The position numbers and the translations under genes were made by a program. From the NCBI GenBank assembly GCA_010405405.1, contig MU004243.1, positions 119,340 through 183,339 on the forward strand: a DNA stretch of 64,000 nt. The letters run 5' to 3'. The DNA comes from Microthyrium microscopicum. Lineage: Eukaryota. Every line of letters starts with the position of its first letter. The stretch's first letter is position 1. Of this stretch, positions 61,715 through 64,000 are shown one piece after another. A model generated the notes under the pieces. The model worked only from the letters and a program-made list of their open reading frames with translations. It was not told where the DNA came from and ran no database searches.

Positions 61715-63788
61715 ATGCCTCCAAGTAATTCACTCCCAAGCCTGTCATTGGCCTCAAATAGCTGTTCCTAACTTGGTATCTTTTGTATAGCTTCCTCGCA
61801 TCCACGAACAACCTCTAGTCCTCCTCCTGTAAGCTCTCGTCCGCCTCATCATCCCCCGGGTTTAGTGCAATCTAAATCCCGGATACCTTCATTTGTCCTT
61901 GTACAAGACGCTGACCTTCACTTTTTTCTAGGATACTGCCTCTCATTCCGCCTATCTTTCCGCTCTACGTCAGATTGATCGCATACCAGTTCCTGATCTC
62001 GCCTCAACTCTCACTACTCCTACCGATCATGCTAGCTCAACCGACCTTCAACTTAGCCATCGTAGAACCCCAATAGACGCCCGAAACATACTGCGCGACT
62101 ACCGGAACGCTCCGGAGATAATCGAAGCTCAACGGCAACGTATCGCCCGCTTGACTGAAACTTGGCGCAACAGCATGGAGGAACAAGACGCCCGGGTTGG
62201 AAGACTCAATCGAGTATTAGCACAACTTTCCAGCATACAGAATCGTCAGAGCACAATTGGAAATGAACAACCTCGGCGAAGCGCTCCATTTCCATTATGG
62301 AATTCCACATCGGATCAGGGTCCAAGTTCGCGGGAATCTGCCAGTCAAGCAGAGATTCTCCGGATACAGCGGGAGAGTGCCGAGCGACAATCTGAGCTGA
62401 TTCGCATTCAAAGAGATACGAGAGAAATGATGCGAATGCTAGCTTCAAATGCCGAAACGATGCATGAATTGGCTGAATCAGAACGGGCACTACGATCCGG
62501 TATAACACAACGAGCTAATGTTTCTTCATCGTCGCACTCGGAGCGCGTAATAAGACAAGATAGTCGACGCCATCCTAGGTACTGGAGTCGCCATCGAGAA
62601 CTTCTGACGAGGGCAGCGGAGCATGTAGAAGGAACTACTGGAGCAGACCAAGGAATGCAGACTGACTCCACCCCAGACCGAACCTACACTCGAAGTAGTT
62701 CATCAAATCCTGAAGGGTATGGCCTAGCAACCCAACGCGCAATGTATGACCGGTCTTGTCAACGCGATGACTCTTACGAAATGATGTTCCAAACGGCTTT
62801 TATGTACCTATCAAATCTACGACATGCTTCTAGTCAAGAAGATGGAGAATATCTTGCAAGGAGCGCTGGCTACGCACCCAAAGACTACCAAAACCCGAGT
62901 TTTGTCTCAAATCTTGACTCTATAAAACGTCCTCAACCCTCATCTCTTTTGGAAAGCGGCGCCGAGTTTGGAGGATATCAATTCGCAGACAAAAAACATC
63001 CAGATTACACCACAAGCCAGTCCGCAAGGCACGACTACTCCTCCTCAACTACATATTCCTCATATACCTCCCGATCCTCTGGCATGAGCACAGCCATGAA
63101 TCCCTCCGTCATCGGTCCATGGGACAGCACCGCCAACCTAATAAATACAAACTTTCACCCGCCCGCCACTACAGACAGCTGGCCCGTCAAAGTCGTCGTC
63201 TACGATGTGGACTTTGACAAAATGACCCTCTCCGCCAGCATGGAAGCCTACAACGTACCGAACCCCGGCTCAGGTCCAACATCACCCACATCGCCCGCTT
63301 CCTTCGACGGCACACAGAAGAAGCCTATCACCACCTACCTTGAAGGCGAAATCATCGATCTCAAAATTCACACCTTCATCACCGAAAACTTTGCCTCCAC
63401 CATAAAACGCGATCTCACCCATTGGCGTAAACTGCCGCCCTTCAAAACGCACTCGCGGCATGAGCTGCCCGAGCGTCTTCTAAGTCGCGAGTTTCTGAAC
63501 GAGGTCAATAGCAAATATATCCTGATGCGCTGGAAAGAGCGCTGTTTTGTCAGTCATGCGTCGTCGAGCGGCATTTCAGGCGCTCCGCGCGGTACGGCTT
63601 CAAGGCCGGAGGATACGATGGAAGGCTGTGGCCTGACAATTAGTGGGTTTTATTATGTCAGTCTGCGGCGCTCGGATGGCCAGATCGATGGTCTGTACTG
63701 CGATCCGCACCCGCAGAGTACACCGTATCAGTATTTGAACCTACGGCGGCAGAAGCTGGGTGGGTTTGCGTCGTGGAAGTTTCGGTGA
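61715..63788 (+). CDS. GID4/Vid24-family (vacuolar import and degradation) protein with long N-terminal extension, probably 3 exons
   Basis: FGGYQ, WPVKV, MEAYNVP, ITTYLEGEIID, HWRKLPPF, YILMRWKERCFV, GLTISGFYYVSLRRSDGQIDGLYCD, STPYQ. Two short upstream exons from ATG 61715 join in frame. Confidence 0.85.
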
Positions 63789-64000
63789 TGTGAATCTTGG
63801 CGCAATCTAGGGTGATGATAGATGAAGATTACGACTCTTTATTCTTTTTGGGCACGAATGGATATGACTATTAGCATTGGCGGCGTTTTTGGGCATTTGT
63901 AGCAATGCAATGGGATGTTCTGGGTGTTGGAACCCACATGGTGTTTGTTTGTTTTGTGGATTGTATGTCCTATGGTATCTAACGATTGAGCGGCGTCGAA

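Noticed and set aside
1..64000. tRNA, rRNA, spliceosomal snRNA, CRISPR arrays, secondary-metabolite backbone genes
   Set aside because: None recognised by eye; a tRNAscan/Infernal run would be needed to exclude small RNAs formally.

Overview
Eukaryotic DNA from a filamentous ascomycete (Pezizomycotina-type genes, mostly short GT-AG introns with CTRAC/CTAAY branch points). The window opens with about 480 bp of extremely AT-rich, RIP-like sequence. Next to it is a piggyBac-family transposase gene that appears full length once a 43/46-nt intron is removed, but carries one in-frame nonsense codon. That element is strongly enriched in a specific CGnnCG motif family (CGGACGCA x11). A dense block of conserved genes follows: acetyl-CoA synthetase, SDE2, RPS10, a DUF4050 protein, an FAD-dependent amine-oxidase-like protein, VTI1, DSC3, ERG24, MRL1-like, TMEM205-like, CTF8, SNG1-like, EFM7/NNT1, an aquaporin, pacC/RIM101, a LITAF-domain protein and a GID4/VID24-like protein. 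Accessory genes are interspersed: a tandem pair of related small secreted two-cysteine proteins, a frameshifted HET-domain gene, a frameshifted F-box gene, a DUF3176 gene, an intronless GNAT, an NmrA-like gene and orphans. Notable non-coding signals are about 10 GCCAAG PacC sites upstream of pacC, a structured long intron, two intergenic hairpin clusters and a degenerate ~20-bp tandem array. Exon boundaries were derived by eye. Family assignments come from recalled motifs, not database searches.
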